This document shows, piece after piece, positions 1-9,694 of a stretch of 64,000 bases of DNA (position 1 is its first letter; each line of letters begins with the position of its first letter). The notes beneath the pieces were generated by a model. That model had not been told where the DNA came from. It saw only the letters and a list, made by a program, of their open reading frames with translations, and made no database searches. Origin of the DNA: Candidatus Giovannonibacteria bacterium (GTDB lineage: Bacteria; Patescibacteriota; Minisyncoccia; UBA11713; 2-01-FULL-45-33); assembly GCA_016432405.1 (NCBI GenBank), contig CP066687.1:219040-283039 (forward strand). Reading direction: 5' to 3'. Position numbers and translations under genes: made by a program.

Positions 1-334
1 TTTCAATGTGTTCCAAAACGTCCAGCAGGGTTACGATGTTATATTGTTCGTGCAGGTGGATTTTGGGGAATTCGCCTTTAATTAACGTAAAGTCCGGGTT
101 TAGCTTTTTTGCGAGATCGGCGGCGACATCGGAAAAATCAAGCCCAAAAATGTTTTTTGAGAAATTGCCAAGGAGGGCGGCGTTAAAACCCGTGCCGCAG
201 CCGATGTCCAGTGCCCTCTCAACTTTTTGGGCGCAGAACAATCGCAGGCATTCGGAGATAATCTTGCGGCGGCCGCGAAACCACCAATGGTCCTTTTCCG
301 TGTTATAAAGTTCTATGTATTGGGCTCTTTCCAT
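1..334 (-). CDS. Class I SAM-dependent methyltransferase (partial, runs off window start)
   Basis: Not in ORF track. Manual minus-strand reading from ATG at 334 gives MERAQYIELYNTEKDHWWFRGRR...RALDIGCGTG...YNIVTLLDVLEHIE (SAM motif I plus LDVLEH motif). Confidence 0.85.
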   Translation of the reverse strand, partial: MERAQYIELYNTEKDHWWFRGRRKIISECLRLFCAQKVERALDIGCGTGFNAALLGNFSKNIFGLDFSDVAADLAKKLNPDFTLIKGEFPKIHLHEQYNIVTLLDVLEHIE

Positions 335-360
335 GCTATAATTTTATTTTGTAAATTGTT

Positions 361-1083
361 ATGCAAAAAATTGATTTTTCCATAATAGTGCCGGTGTATA
401 ACGAAGAGAAGCGCATACCAAGAAGTATAAACCAGATTTTTAGTTTTTTTAATAGTTGCGGCGATGCGGTGGAGGTGATTTTTGTCAGCGACGGGTCTAC
501 CGACGACACGGAAAAGGTTCTGGAAAGTTATCAGGCGAAGCAGGGTTTTAAAATCATAAAATACGGCAAGAACCGCGGGAAGGGTTATGCTGTCCGACAA
601 GGCGTTTTGGCGGCCAGCGGGCGCTGGATAATTTTCTTTGACATTGACTTGGCAGTTCCCCTAAGCGAGTTCTCGCATTTTAAATCTTTCGTTGCGGACG
701 GCGATCAGGTAATTATCGGCAGCCGCCGGCTGATGGATTCGCGAATAAACAAGCGCGAGCATTGGCTGCGTGAATTTCTCGGCGCCGGATTCAGCGCGCT
801 GTCCCGCGTTTTTGTTCGCGAGGTCGCCGATTTTACATGCGGCTTTAAATGTTTTTCCAAACAGGCCGCTGAACAAATTTTCCCCATTGCGCGGATAAAC
901 AGATGGGCGTTTGACACGGAGCTTCTGTATATCGCCAAATTAAAACGCATGCCAATCCGCCAGATGCCGGTAGAATGGTCGCATGATGATGATTCCAGAG
1001 TAAGGGTTTGGAAAGATGCGCTGGTTTCCTTAAAAGAACTCGCGCAAATAAAAATTAACCAGTTAAAGGGACTCTACGCATGA
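361..1083 (+). CDS. GT2 polyprenyl/dolichyl-phosphate glycosyltransferase (DPG-synthase-like)
   Basis: IIVPVYNE, VSDGSTD, NRGKGYAVRQG, FDIDL, DFTCGFK and WAFDTELL motifs. Confidence 0.9.
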   Translation: MQKIDFSIIVPVYNEEKRIPRSINQIFSFFNSCGDAVEVIFVSDGSTDDTEKVLESYQAKQGFKIIKYGKNRGKGYAVRQGVLAASGRWIIFFDIDLAVPLSEFSHFKSFVADGDQVIIGSRRLMDSRINKREHWLREFLGAGFSALSRVFVREVADFTCGFKCFSKQAAEQIFPIARINRWAFDTELLYIAKLKRMPIRQMPVEWSHDDDSRVRVWKDALVSLKELAQIKINQLKGLYA

Positions 1084-1745
1084 AAGCGATAATTTTAGCC
1101 GCGGGCAGAGGGAAAAGGATGAGACATTTAACGGACGATTTGCCGAAACCGCTTTTAAAGCTTGCCGGAAAAACGTTTTTAGACTACATATTTGATTCTT
1201 TCACGGAAGAAATAAACGAGGCCATCTTGGTAATCGGCTATATGGGCGAGAAAATAAAAGAATATTTGGGAGAAAATTATAAAGGGCGGAAAATTTATTA
1301 TGTTGTGCAGAGAGAGCTCTCCGGCACGGGCAATGCGGTGCTTCTTACAAAGCATTTATTCAAGGAAAAAGAGCGTTTTTTGATATTTTACGCGGACGAA
1401 CTGGTTTCAAAAGACGACGTGGAAAAATGTTTGGAAAATGAATTCGGATGGCTGTGCTGGGAAGTAGAAAACCCGAGAGCGTCCGGCATCGTTACGATCT
1501 CTCCGGGAGGATTTATCACGGAGATAATAGAAAAACCCCAAAACCCGAAGTCAAACTTGGGCGGCGGAGGGTTAATGCTTGTGAACGCCGATTTGTTTGG
1601 ATGCGCTCCCGACAAGCACGAGACCGGAGAATATTATTTAACGTCCATGATGAATAAATTTGTAAAAGATCATAAGGTAAAAGCAGTCGTGTCAAAAAAC
1701 CGGCCGTCTTTCACCTCCCCGGAAGACATTAATAGAGTTATATAG
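1080..1745 (+). CDS. Sugar-phosphate nucleotidyltransferase
   Basis: AIILAAGRGKRMRHLTDDLPKPLL, GTGNAV and IIEKP motifs; ATGA overlap with previous gene. Confidence 0.88.
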   Translation: MKAIILAAGRGKRMRHLTDDLPKPLLKLAGKTFLDYIFDSFTEEINEAILVIGYMGEKIKEYLGENYKGRKIYYVVQRELSGTGNAVLLTKHLFKEKERFLIFYADELVSKDDVEKCLENEFGWLCWEVENPRASGIVTISPGGFITEIIEKPQNPKSNLGGGGLMLVNADLFGCAPDKHETGEYYLTSMMNKFVKDHKVKAVVSKNRPSFTSPEDINRVI

Positions 1746-1748
1746 CTT

Positions 1749-2432
1749 ATGAAAATGATTTCGGTAGTAGTCCCGGTTTATAACGAAGAGCATACAATAA
1801 GCGAGCTTCACGAACGTCTTGTGAAAACGCTGGCGGCCTGTTGTGATTCTTACGAGATTGTTTTTGTCAATGACGGCTCAACCGATAACACGGAAAAAAC
1901 AGCGCTGACTTTGAAGCCGCTTGAATTGATTTCTTTTGCAAAAAATCAAGGGCAGACCCCGGCGCTGAATGCCGGAATACGCAAAGCGAAAGGCGACATC
2001 ATTGTGTTTTTGGACGCTGATTTGCAGAACAACCCCGAGGACATCCCGAAACTTTTGGAAAAAATTTCGCAGGGTTGCGGCGCGGTGGTGGGTCGGCGCG
2101 AGCATCGGCAGGACCCTGCCGCTCGCACCATATTTTCCAAAGTGGCAAATTTTATCGCCCGTTTGCTTTTGGGCGTAAAAGTCCATGATTTCGGCTGCGG
2201 GCTTAAAGCATATCGCGCGGAATTTATCAAAAACTTTGAGCTTTGGGGGCAGGTGCAGGTTTTTTTGCCGGCAATTGCCAAGGCGCGCGGGGCGAAGGTC
2301 TGTGAAGTCGGCGTTGCGCATAACGACAGAAAAGCCGGGGTCTCCAAAATAAAAATTTCCAATATGGTAAAAGGCGGCCTGGGCCTTTTAAAAATCGCTT
2401 TTATTGCTAGATTTTTAAATCCTTACAGGTAA
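1749..2432 (+). CDS. GT2 glycosyltransferase (ArnC/DPM1-like)
   Basis: VVVPVYNEE, VNDGSTD, FLDADLQNNPEDIP and DFGCGLKAYR. Confidence 0.88.
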   Translation: MKMISVVVPVYNEEHTISELHERLVKTLAACCDSYEIVFVNDGSTDNTEKTALTLKPLELISFAKNQGQTPALNAGIRKAKGDIIVFLDADLQNNPEDIPKLLEKISQGCGAVVGRREHRQDPAARTIFSKVANFIARLLLGVKVHDFGCGLKAYRAEFIKNFELWGQVQVFLPAIAKARGAKVCEVGVAHNDRKAGVSKIKISNMVKGGLGLLKIAFIARFLNPYR

Positions 2433-2439
2433 TCCGCTT

Positions 2440-4383
2440 ATGAAACAGCGTCCAAAAATTTTATTAATCGGCGCGGGGAGATTCGGCAAAAATCATTTAA
2501 GAGTACTGCGATTATTAGAAAAGCGCGGCAAATTGGCTTTGGCCGGAGTTGCCGTAAAGAGCAAGGCGTCGGAAAAATTCGTCAAAAGAGAATACGGCGT
2601 GCCGGTTTTTAAAAAAATAACCCCGGCGCTTCTTAGTTCCGTGGATGCCGTTGATATCGTAACGCCGCCCCATACGCATTTCGCTCTGGCCAAGCAATGT
2701 CTGCGTTATACGAATGTGTTTATTGAAAAGCCGTTGGCTGAAAAAACAAGCGACGCGGAGCGTCTCAATAATCTCGCGCGGAGCAAGGGGCGGGTTTTGA
2801 TGGTTGGGCATATTTATCGCTACCACCCGCTTGCGCAAAAACTGAAATCAATGTTGCCGAAATTGAAAAATCTGGAAAAAATAGGCGGCGCGTTTATCAG
2901 CCCCATCGCGACTTACAGGGGCCAAGACCCGCTTCTGGAAGAGCTTCATTGGTTTGATGTTCTGGACTATTTATTCGGCAAAAAGCCGGACGCGGTTTGG
3001 AGCGGGGGCACAAAATATTTGCGGGACGTTTATTTGCGCTATCCGGGCGGCGCTGATGCACATTTGAAAATTGGCTGGGAGAACGGCCAAAAAATCAGGG
3101 CGCTGAATTTCGTTACGAAAGGAGGCAAAAAAATAGTTTGCGATTTTGAGCGCCCGGCGGCCGCAGAACCGCTGAAAAAAGAGCTTGAGGCGTTTATCGG
3201 CGCTCTTTGCGGACAAAAAAACGCTTACCCGAATGGCGAGGTTGGGGCCAGGATTGTTGAGATAGCCGAGCGGGCGAAGAGGCATTCCCCGCCAAAAACG
3301 CCGCGCGTCGCGGTCATAGGCGGAGGGATTTTCGGCGCGACCGCCGCGCTTGTTTTGGGCAGACATTTCCCGGTAGTTTTATTTGAAAAAAATCCGGATA
3401 TTTTCGGTGAAGCAACGCTGGCCAATCAATACAGGCATCACTATGGGTATCATTATCCGCGGAGCCCCGAAACCATAAAAGAGGTTCAGGAAGCGAGGCG
3501 CGATTTTGAATCGGTTTATCGCGAGGCGGTATCCTCCGGATTCCCAAGTTATTATTGCGTTTCCCGAAAAGGGTCGCTGGTTTCCGCGAAACAATTTTTG
3601 GAAGTTTGCAAAAAAAATAACCTGCCTGTCAAAATCGCGTATCCGCCGGACATATTTTTAAACCGCAATACGGTGAGCGTTTCCATCCGGACGCCGGAGG
3701 CAGTGTATGATTATAAGAAATTAAAGGGCTTGGTCTGGCGGACACTTCGCCAAAATCCGAATATTAAAGTCAAGCTCAACTCGGAGATTGTATCCGCACG
3801 GCTGAACAATGCCGGGAAGAAAATCTTGGTTATCAAAGCCAAAAGCGGCGCAAAAGGCCCGGAAGAATTTGACTATGTGATTAACGCCACTTACGCCCGA
3901 TACAATAATTTTTGCGGCTGGCTCGGCTTCCCTCTGAAAAATTTGAATTTCCGGCTGAAGGAACTGGCCGTTGTGCGCCTCAAAACGCAGGAGAAGTGCG
4001 CTGTCACCATTATGGACGGGCCTTTCGCTACAATTGTGCCGATGGATGGCCGCAGCGATTTATACACTTTGGGGGACGTGCCGCTCTCCGTCCACAAAAA
4101 TTACAATAATTTAAAAGGCCTTTCTTTGGATAAAATCCGCAAACTTCCGGCATCGCGCTGGGAGAAAATGAAGAAAAGATGCTCCGAATGGTTCCCGGCG
4201 CTAAAAAACAGCGAGTACATTAAATCAATGTTCGTTATTTTGCCGACAGAGCCCGCTTCCGCCGGAACAGACGCGCGCCCGACCGTCGTCGCTTCCCACG
4301 GGTTCGGCTGCTTCTCAATCTTCAGCGGCAAAATTATAACCGCTGTTTCCGCCGCCAAACAAATCCTGCGGGAGTTGCAATGA
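2440..4383 (+). CDS. Fusion of Gfo/Idh/MocA oxidoreductase and FAD-dependent oxidoreductase
   Basis: N-terminal LIGAGRFG...FIEKP...VGHIYRYHP; a second dinucleotide motif VAVIGGGIFG near residue 290, then HHYGYHYPRS, MDGPF and FSGKI. Confidence 0.8.
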   Translation: MKQRPKILLIGAGRFGKNHLRVLRLLEKRGKLALAGVAVKSKASEKFVKREYGVPVFKKITPALLSSVDAVDIVTPPHTHFALAKQCLRYTNVFIEKPLAEKTSDAERLNNLARSKGRVLMVGHIYRYHPLAQKLKSMLPKLKNLEKIGGAFISPIATYRGQDPLLEELHWFDVLDYLFGKKPDAVWSGGTKYLRDVYLRYPGGADAHLKIGWENGQKIRALNFVTKGGKKIVCDFERPAAAEPLKKELEAFIGALCGQKNAYPNGEVGARIVEIAERAKRHSPPKTPRVAVIGGGIFGATAALVLGRHFPVVLFEKNPDIFGEATLANQYRHHYGYHYPRSPETIKEVQEARRDFESVYREAVSSGFPSYYCVSRKGSLVSAKQFLEVCKKNNLPVKIAYPPDIFLNRNTVSVSIRTPEAVYDYKKLKGLVWRTLRQNPNIKVKLNSEIVSARLNNAGKKILVIKAKSGAKGPEEFDYVINATYARYNNFCGWLGFPLKNLNFRLKELAVVRLKTQEKCAVTIMDGPFATIVPMDGRSDLYTLGDVPLSVHKNYNNLKGLSLDKIRKLPASRWEKMKKRCSEWFPALKNSEYIKSMFVILPTEPASAGTDARPTVVASHGFGCFSIFSGKIITAVSAAKQILRELQ

Positions 4384-4411
4384 CGGAAATTTTATAGTTG
4401 TATATATTAAT

Positions 4412-5398
4412 ATGCAATCGTCAATAATATTGAGCAGAGTGCCGTTTCGGCTGCCATTGGGCGGAGGGTCTACGGATATGCCCTCGTATTATAAAAAATA
4501 CGGGGGGTTTATATTTACCGCCGCAATCAATATGTATATGGACGTCTTGATTAAAGCGACCCGTTCGGACGATCTTATCCACGTGCATTACAAATCTTTT
4601 GAAGCCGTGCCTTCGGTTGGAGAAATCCGCCATGAGCTGGCCAGAGAGGCGCTGAAGATGACCGGCCACGAAAAAGGCATAGCCATTTCTTTTAAGGCGG
4701 ATACGCCCGCCGGCACCGGCCTTGGCTCCTCCGGCGCGTGCTCCGTGGCTTTGCTTAAAGGGCTGTCGGCTTACAACGGAAACGAGATGCCGAGCGAAGA
4801 AGCCGCCGAAAAATCATTTGAGATAACCCAGTCCCTTGGGCTTCACGACGGCAAACAGGACCCATACGCCTGCGCCCTTGGCGGCTTTTCCGTTTTGGAT
4901 ATTGATACCGACGGCAAAGTAAATGTTACAAAACCGGTTTTCGCCAAGGAGACAGTAGATAAATTTTTAAATAATACCCTGCTTTTTTACACCGGCGTCA
5001 GCCGGGAGAGCGACCCGATATTGGCCGCGCAGGATAAAGAAAAAGTTCTGGAGTTGAAACACAAAACCAAAGCGATTGGCCTCGAGGTTTATAAAGCGTT
5101 TCAGAACGGAGATTTAGACCGCTTTGGCTCTTTGATGGACGAGCATTGGCGGGTCAAAAAATCAATGTCTTCGCAAATGGCCAACCGGCGGTTTGACGAA
5201 ATTTACGAAGCGGCGAAAAACGCCGGCGCTTTGGGCGGCAAAATTCTGGGAGCCGGCGGCGGCGGATACTTTTTATTTTACTGCCCGTCGCAAAAATCCA
5301 AAGAGTCCGTGCGCGCCGCGCTAAGCGGCTACGGGCTGCGGGAGATGGATTTTAGCATTGACTATAAAGGCGCTCGCGTCCGGAGAGTTAATTTTTAA
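4412..5398 (+). CDS. hddA: GHMP kinase, D-glycero-alpha-D-manno-heptose-7-phosphate kinase-like
   Basis: PFRLPLGGGSTD, PAGTGLGSSG, GKQD and GGKILGAGGGGY; GmhA and GmhB are nearby. Confidence 0.8.
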   Translation: MQSSIILSRVPFRLPLGGGSTDMPSYYKKYGGFIFTAAINMYMDVLIKATRSDDLIHVHYKSFEAVPSVGEIRHELAREALKMTGHEKGIAISFKADTPAGTGLGSSGACSVALLKGLSAYNGNEMPSEEAAEKSFEITQSLGLHDGKQDPYACALGGFSVLDIDTDGKVNVTKPVFAKETVDKFLNNTLLFYTGVSRESDPILAAQDKEKVLELKHKTKAIGLEVYKAFQNGDLDRFGSLMDEHWRVKKSMSSQMANRRFDEIYEAAKNAGALGGKILGAGGGGYFLFYCPSQKSKESVRAALSGYGLREMDFSIDYKGARVRRVNF

Positions 5399-5399
5399 A

Positions 5400-7139
5400 A
5401 TGTCCGGATTTTTAAAAGAGCACAGGTTTATACTGATTTCCGCGATTTTTTTGGCGCTTGCGGTTATCTCGCCTACACTGCTGTTCCCGCTCCTCGCCGG
5501 CGATTCGTATAAGGGCATCAATCTTGGCGAATGGGACGACGACGCGGCATATATTGCCAAAGGCAGGGAAATTCTTGAAAGCCATTCTTTGGGCAATATT
5601 TTTCTTAAAATCGGCAAAAACGATTCGTCTGACCCTCACCAGGTTTACATAGAATATCTTCTTCTCGCGCCGGTTAGAATGCTGGGGCTTTCCAGCGTAG
5701 CGAAAAGTCATATCGTGGCGCTTTACGGCTTTTATGCTTTTTTGGGCGTTGCTTTGTTGATTTTATTCATTTATTTTTTTGTTCTTAACTTATCCGGCAA
5801 TAAATTGCTTTCAGCCGCAGCCGCATTGTTCGCAGTCGGCGGCCACGAGTTAGTAAAGCTGTACCACCTTCCGGTTACCGCCGTCGCCTACAATTTCAAC
5901 ATATTTTCCCGGCCGATTATGCCCGTTTACGGGCTTCTTGCGCTTTTTATTTACATAAATTTACTGGCAAAAAGTTTGCGTGAATCGGGATGGAGGTGCG
6001 TTTTTTGGGCAGGAATTTCTTTCGGCGCGTTGTTTTACGTTTACCCCTACACATGGACTTTCGCCCTGGCGCTGACAGGGAGCTTGTTTCTGATTTATCT
6101 TTTTTTGAGGGATTGGGGGCAGGCCAAAAAAGTTTTTTACATTTCGGCGATCGGTTTTGCTGTTGGATCTTACGCGCTCGTTTTATTTTTATCGTTTATT
6201 TCTTCGGAAATTGGCAAACAAATCGCCGGCTTTACAACGTTTATTTCCCACGCCCCCGCGCCTTTCAGCAAGCTCTCTTTTTTGATTTTGATTATGGCAA
6301 TTATTTACGCCTATAAAAATCGCGATAAAAAAGACTACCCGATTCTTTTGGCGATTATTCTAGCCAGCTGGATAACCCTAAATCAGCAGGTAATTACCGG
6401 GCGCGATCCGCAAGGAGTTGATCATTACTTTTGGTACTTTACCATTCCTACTTCCATTGTGGCGGGGTCTTATGTTTCGTGGGCGCTTGTGTGGGGCTGG
6501 GAGCGCGGGAAATTAATATTGCAAAAATACGGAAGCGCTTTGCTTGGCATTGTAATCATCGTTGCTTTTTTAAATACCGCGGGACAGCAATACGCAAGGA
6601 CGATTGTGATGATGGGCACCAAAGAATACGCCCAGAGTTACCGTCCGATTATTGACACGCTGAATCGCGATCCGAAACCGGGAGTTATTTTAAGTTCAGA
6701 GCTTTTCTACGGAGAGTTTTTCCCAGTATACACCGACCACGATTTATTTTGGGCCATGCACGCATTCAATTTCGCTACCCCGATAGAAAGAATGAAAGAC
6801 GCGCTTTATTTGTACGCGTATTTAGATAAAGAGGCCAGAGGCGATTTTGCCGGCGCGCTTTATAAGATAGACGCCGGCGGAGTTAAAAAAGCGTATGGGC
6901 GCCATTACTCATCAATCTATACTGCTTTAAGCAGAGAGAAAACCATAGATTTGCTTTCCGGCGAATACAAAAAAATAGTTGATAATCCCGAAGGAATCAT
7001 TAACATTTTAAAGAAAGCCGAAGTCAATTATATCGTCTGGGACAAGAATACAAACCCGGAGTGGGACCTTTCCCCGCTTGCTAATAATCTTCAAGAAATT
7101 GCCGCGTCAAACAATATTTATTTATATGCGTTGAAATAA
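5400..7139 (+). CDS. Polytopic membrane protein, putative GT-C glycosyltransferase (paralog 1)
   Basis: N-terminal TM followed by WDDDAAY acidic loop, about 10-12 hydrophobic segments and a soluble C-terminus. Start moved to ATG 5400 by similarity to the 7144 paralog. Confidence 0.6.
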   Translation: MSGFLKEHRFILISAIFLALAVISPTLLFPLLAGDSYKGINLGEWDDDAAYIAKGREILESHSLGNIFLKIGKNDSSDPHQVYIEYLLLAPVRMLGLSSVAKSHIVALYGFYAFLGVALLILFIYFFVLNLSGNKLLSAAAALFAVGGHELVKLYHLPVTAVAYNFNIFSRPIMPVYGLLALFIYINLLAKSLRESGWRCVFWAGISFGALFYVYPYTWTFALALTGSLFLIYLFLRDWGQAKKVFYISAIGFAVGSYALVLFLSFISSEIGKQIAGFTTFISHAPAPFSKLSFLILIMAIIYAYKNRDKKDYPILLAIILASWITLNQQVITGRDPQGVDHYFWYFTIPTSIVAGSYVSWALVWGWERGKLILQKYGSALLGIVIIVAFLNTAGQQYARTIVMMGTKEYAQSYRPIIDTLNRDPKPGVILSSELFYGEFFPVYTDHDLFWAMHAFNFATPIERMKDALYLYAYLDKEARGDFAGALYKIDAGGVKKAYGRHYSSIYTALSREKTIDLLSGEYKKIVDNPEGIINILKKAEVNYIVWDKNTNPEWDLSPLANNLQEIAASNNIYLYALK

Positions 7140-7143
7140 ATAC

Positions 7144-8967
7144 ATGTCTAATTTTTTTACCGAACATAAATTTATATTGATTTCCGCAGTCGGTTTGGCG
7201 CTTTTGGTGATATCGCCGGCCCTGCTTTTCCCGTTTATGGCCGGCGATGCGTATAAGGGCATAAATGTTGGTGAGTGGTCGGACGACTTCCATTATATCG
7301 CCAAAGGCAGAGAGATTCTGGAAGGCCATTCTTTGGGCAATATTGTTCTTAAAATCGGCAAAAACGATTCGTCCGACCCGCACCAGGTTTATATAGAATA
7401 TCTTCTTCTCGCGCCGGTTAGAATGCTGGGGCTTTCCCGCGCGGCGGCAGATTATATTGTTCCTATATACACTCTTTACGCTTTTTTGGGAGTTTTCCTT
7501 TTAATCCTCTCCATTTATTTTTTCATCCTGCGCCTCTCCGCGCATAAATTATTGTCCGCGGCGATAGCGCTATTTACAATAGGCGGCTACAGTTTGGTGA
7601 AGCTTTACCATGTGCCGATTACTGCAACCAATCCGGACCCCAACATATTCAGCCGGCCGATTATGCCCGTTTACGGGCTTCTGGCGCTTTTTATTTACAT
7701 CAATTTGCTTGCGAGAAGTTTAAAATCATCGGAGAAAAAACATATTCTTTGGTCCGGCATTGCCTTCGGAGCGCTGTTTTACGTTTACCCCTACACATGG
7801 ACTTTTGCCCTGGCGCTGACAGGGAGCTTGTTTCTGATTTATATTTTTTTGAGGGATTGGGAATCAGCGAAAAAAGTTTTTTGGGTTTTTACAATCGGGC
7901 TTGCCGTTGGCGCTTACACTCTTTTTAAAACGTTTTCATTTCAGTATTCGGAAATCGGCAAACAAATTTTATATTACGGGATTACTTTAAACCATAGTCC
8001 GGCGCCTTTCAGCAAGATTTTATTTTTGGCGTTAATTTTGGCAGTTATCTTTGCGTGCCGAAATAAATGGAGCAGGAACGCCCCCTTGCTTTTGTCTATT
8101 GTTCTCGCAAATTGGATAGCTTTGAACCAGCAGGTAATTACCGGGCGAGTCCCGCAAATAATGCACTATTTTTGGTATTTTACGATACCGACTTCTATCG
8201 TCGTTGGGGCTTACCTTGGATGGGCGCTTGTGTGGGGCTGGGAGCGCGGGAAATTAATATTGCAAAAATACGGAACCATTTTTTTGGCGGCGCTAATTAT
8301 CACCGCTTATTTTAATGCGGCTTCGCGGCAGTATCAGGTGACGCTGATTACGCGGGAGGCCAAAGAATACAGGCAGAACTACCGCCCTATTATTGACGCG
8401 TTGAAGTCGGATGCCGAACCGGGAGTTATCCTCGCGTCATCCCTGCCTTACGCAATGTTATTTCCGGTGTACACGCATCATGATTTATTTTGGGGGCATG
8501 CTACTGCTTTGGTTTACAATACGCCGATGGAAAGAATTAAAGATGCGCTGTACGTGTATATGTATTTGGATAAGAGCGCCAGAGACAATTTTTTGGGCCG
8601 GCTTCGCGATGTAGATGCCGGATACGGAGTTGGAGGCGAATGGGGAACCAGTTTTTACCCGCTTATTTATTTTTTTGTGGCCGGTTTTAATTCCGGTTTT
8701 GATTACGAGGAATATGGTTTTCGTTTGGCCAAGGGCGACCCGGCGACGGTTAAAAGCAGAGACGAAACGTCGGCCTTACTTTTCCGCGGATATCAAAAAG
8801 TAGCCAGTCCGGAAGGCATTGCAGGCATTCTGAAAAAAGGCGAGGTCAATTACGTCGTTTGGGATAAAAACAAAAATCCGGAGTGGAATTTGTCGCCCCT
8901 TTCCGGAAATTTAAGAGAGGTTGCCGCGTCTAACAATATTTATTTGTACAAATTTGGCGGTGACTGA
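7144..8967 (+). CDS. Polytopic membrane protein, putative GT-C glycosyltransferase (paralog 2)
   Basis: Tandem paralog of 5400..7139 (WSDDFHY, YVYPYTWTF, NQQVITG, WDKNKNPEW). Confidence 0.6.
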   Translation: MSNFFTEHKFILISAVGLALLVISPALLFPFMAGDAYKGINVGEWSDDFHYIAKGREILEGHSLGNIVLKIGKNDSSDPHQVYIEYLLLAPVRMLGLSRAAADYIVPIYTLYAFLGVFLLILSIYFFILRLSAHKLLSAAIALFTIGGYSLVKLYHVPITATNPDPNIFSRPIMPVYGLLALFIYINLLARSLKSSEKKHILWSGIAFGALFYVYPYTWTFALALTGSLFLIYIFLRDWESAKKVFWVFTIGLAVGAYTLFKTFSFQYSEIGKQILYYGITLNHSPAPFSKILFLALILAVIFACRNKWSRNAPLLLSIVLANWIALNQQVITGRVPQIMHYFWYFTIPTSIVVGAYLGWALVWGWERGKLILQKYGTIFLAALIITAYFNAASRQYQVTLITREAKEYRQNYRPIIDALKSDAEPGVILASSLPYAMLFPVYTHHDLFWGHATALVYNTPMERIKDALYVYMYLDKSARDNFLGRLRDVDAGYGVGGEWGTSFYPLIYFFVAGFNSGFDYEEYGFRLAKGDPATVKSRDETSALLFRGYQKVASPEGIAGILKKGEVNYVVWDKNKNPEWNLSPLSGNLREVAASNNIYLYKFGGD

Positions 8968-8997
8968 TAAGCGCGGCGGAGGTTGTATAATAAAGCC

Positions 8998-9618
8998 ATG
9001 CAGCAGAGCGACCATATAGAAACGTATTTAAACGAAGTTGTAGAGATTACAAAACGCATAGACCGTGGCTCTATACGCAAAATCGTCGGGATCTTGCGGG
9101 ATTTAAGAAATAAAAAAGGGCGCCTGTTTATTATCGGCGTCGGCGGTTCGGCGGCAAACGCCTCGCATGCTGTTAATGATTTCCGAAAAATTGCCCATAT
9201 TCAATCTTACGCTCCAACGGATAACGTCGCCGAGCTTACCGCTAGAGTAAACGATGACGGCTGGGATTCTGTTTTCGCGCGCTGGCTAGAGCATAATCAC
9301 ATAACGCCCAATGACGCAGTTTTGGTTTTGTCAGTTGGCGGAGGCAACGCTGAAAAAAACATAAGCGCAAATATTGTACATGCGCTGAATCACGCCAAAG
9401 AGCGCGGCGCAAAAATATTGGGCATTGTGAGCCGCGACGGCGGGTATACAGCTAAAGTCGCCGATGCCTGTGTTTTGGTGCCGGTTGTGAATCCGGACAA
9501 CGTGACGGCGCACGCGGAAGCATGGCAGGCGGTGCTGTGGCACGCGATTGTTTTTCATCCTGAATTAAAAATGACTGAAGGAAAATGGGAAAGCATAGAA
9601 AAACCGATGTTGTCTTAG
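8998..9618 (+). CDS. gmhA: SIS-domain sedoheptulose-7-phosphate isomerase (GmhA-like)
   Basis: IIGVGGSAANASHAVNDF, ELTARVNDDG and LSVGGG. Start at ATG 8998 directly after a TATAAT box. Confidence 0.8.
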   Translation: MQQSDHIETYLNEVVEITKRIDRGSIRKIVGILRDLRNKKGRLFIIGVGGSAANASHAVNDFRKIAHIQSYAPTDNVAELTARVNDDGWDSVFARWLEHNHITPNDAVLVLSVGGGNAEKNISANIVHALNHAKERGAKILGIVSRDGGYTAKVADACVLVPVVNPDNVTAHAEAWQAVLWHAIVFHPELKMTEGKWESIEKPMLS

Positions 9619-9633
9619 AGACAACAATTTTTC

Positions 9634-9662
9634 TTGACTAATATTAAAGGATTTGCTAGCAT
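9634..9662 (+). promoter_or_regulatory. Sigma70-type promoter for the kinase gene
   Basis: TTGACT-17 nt-TAGCAT with TG extension, followed by a GGAGGTGA SD before GTG 9695. Confidence 0.6.
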
Positions 9663-9694
9663 AGCGGCTAGAAAATAAAACCCGGAGGTGACTC

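Noticed and set aside
6-308. 100-aa plus-strand ORF
   Set aside because: Shadow of the minus-strand methyltransferase, which has clear motifs.
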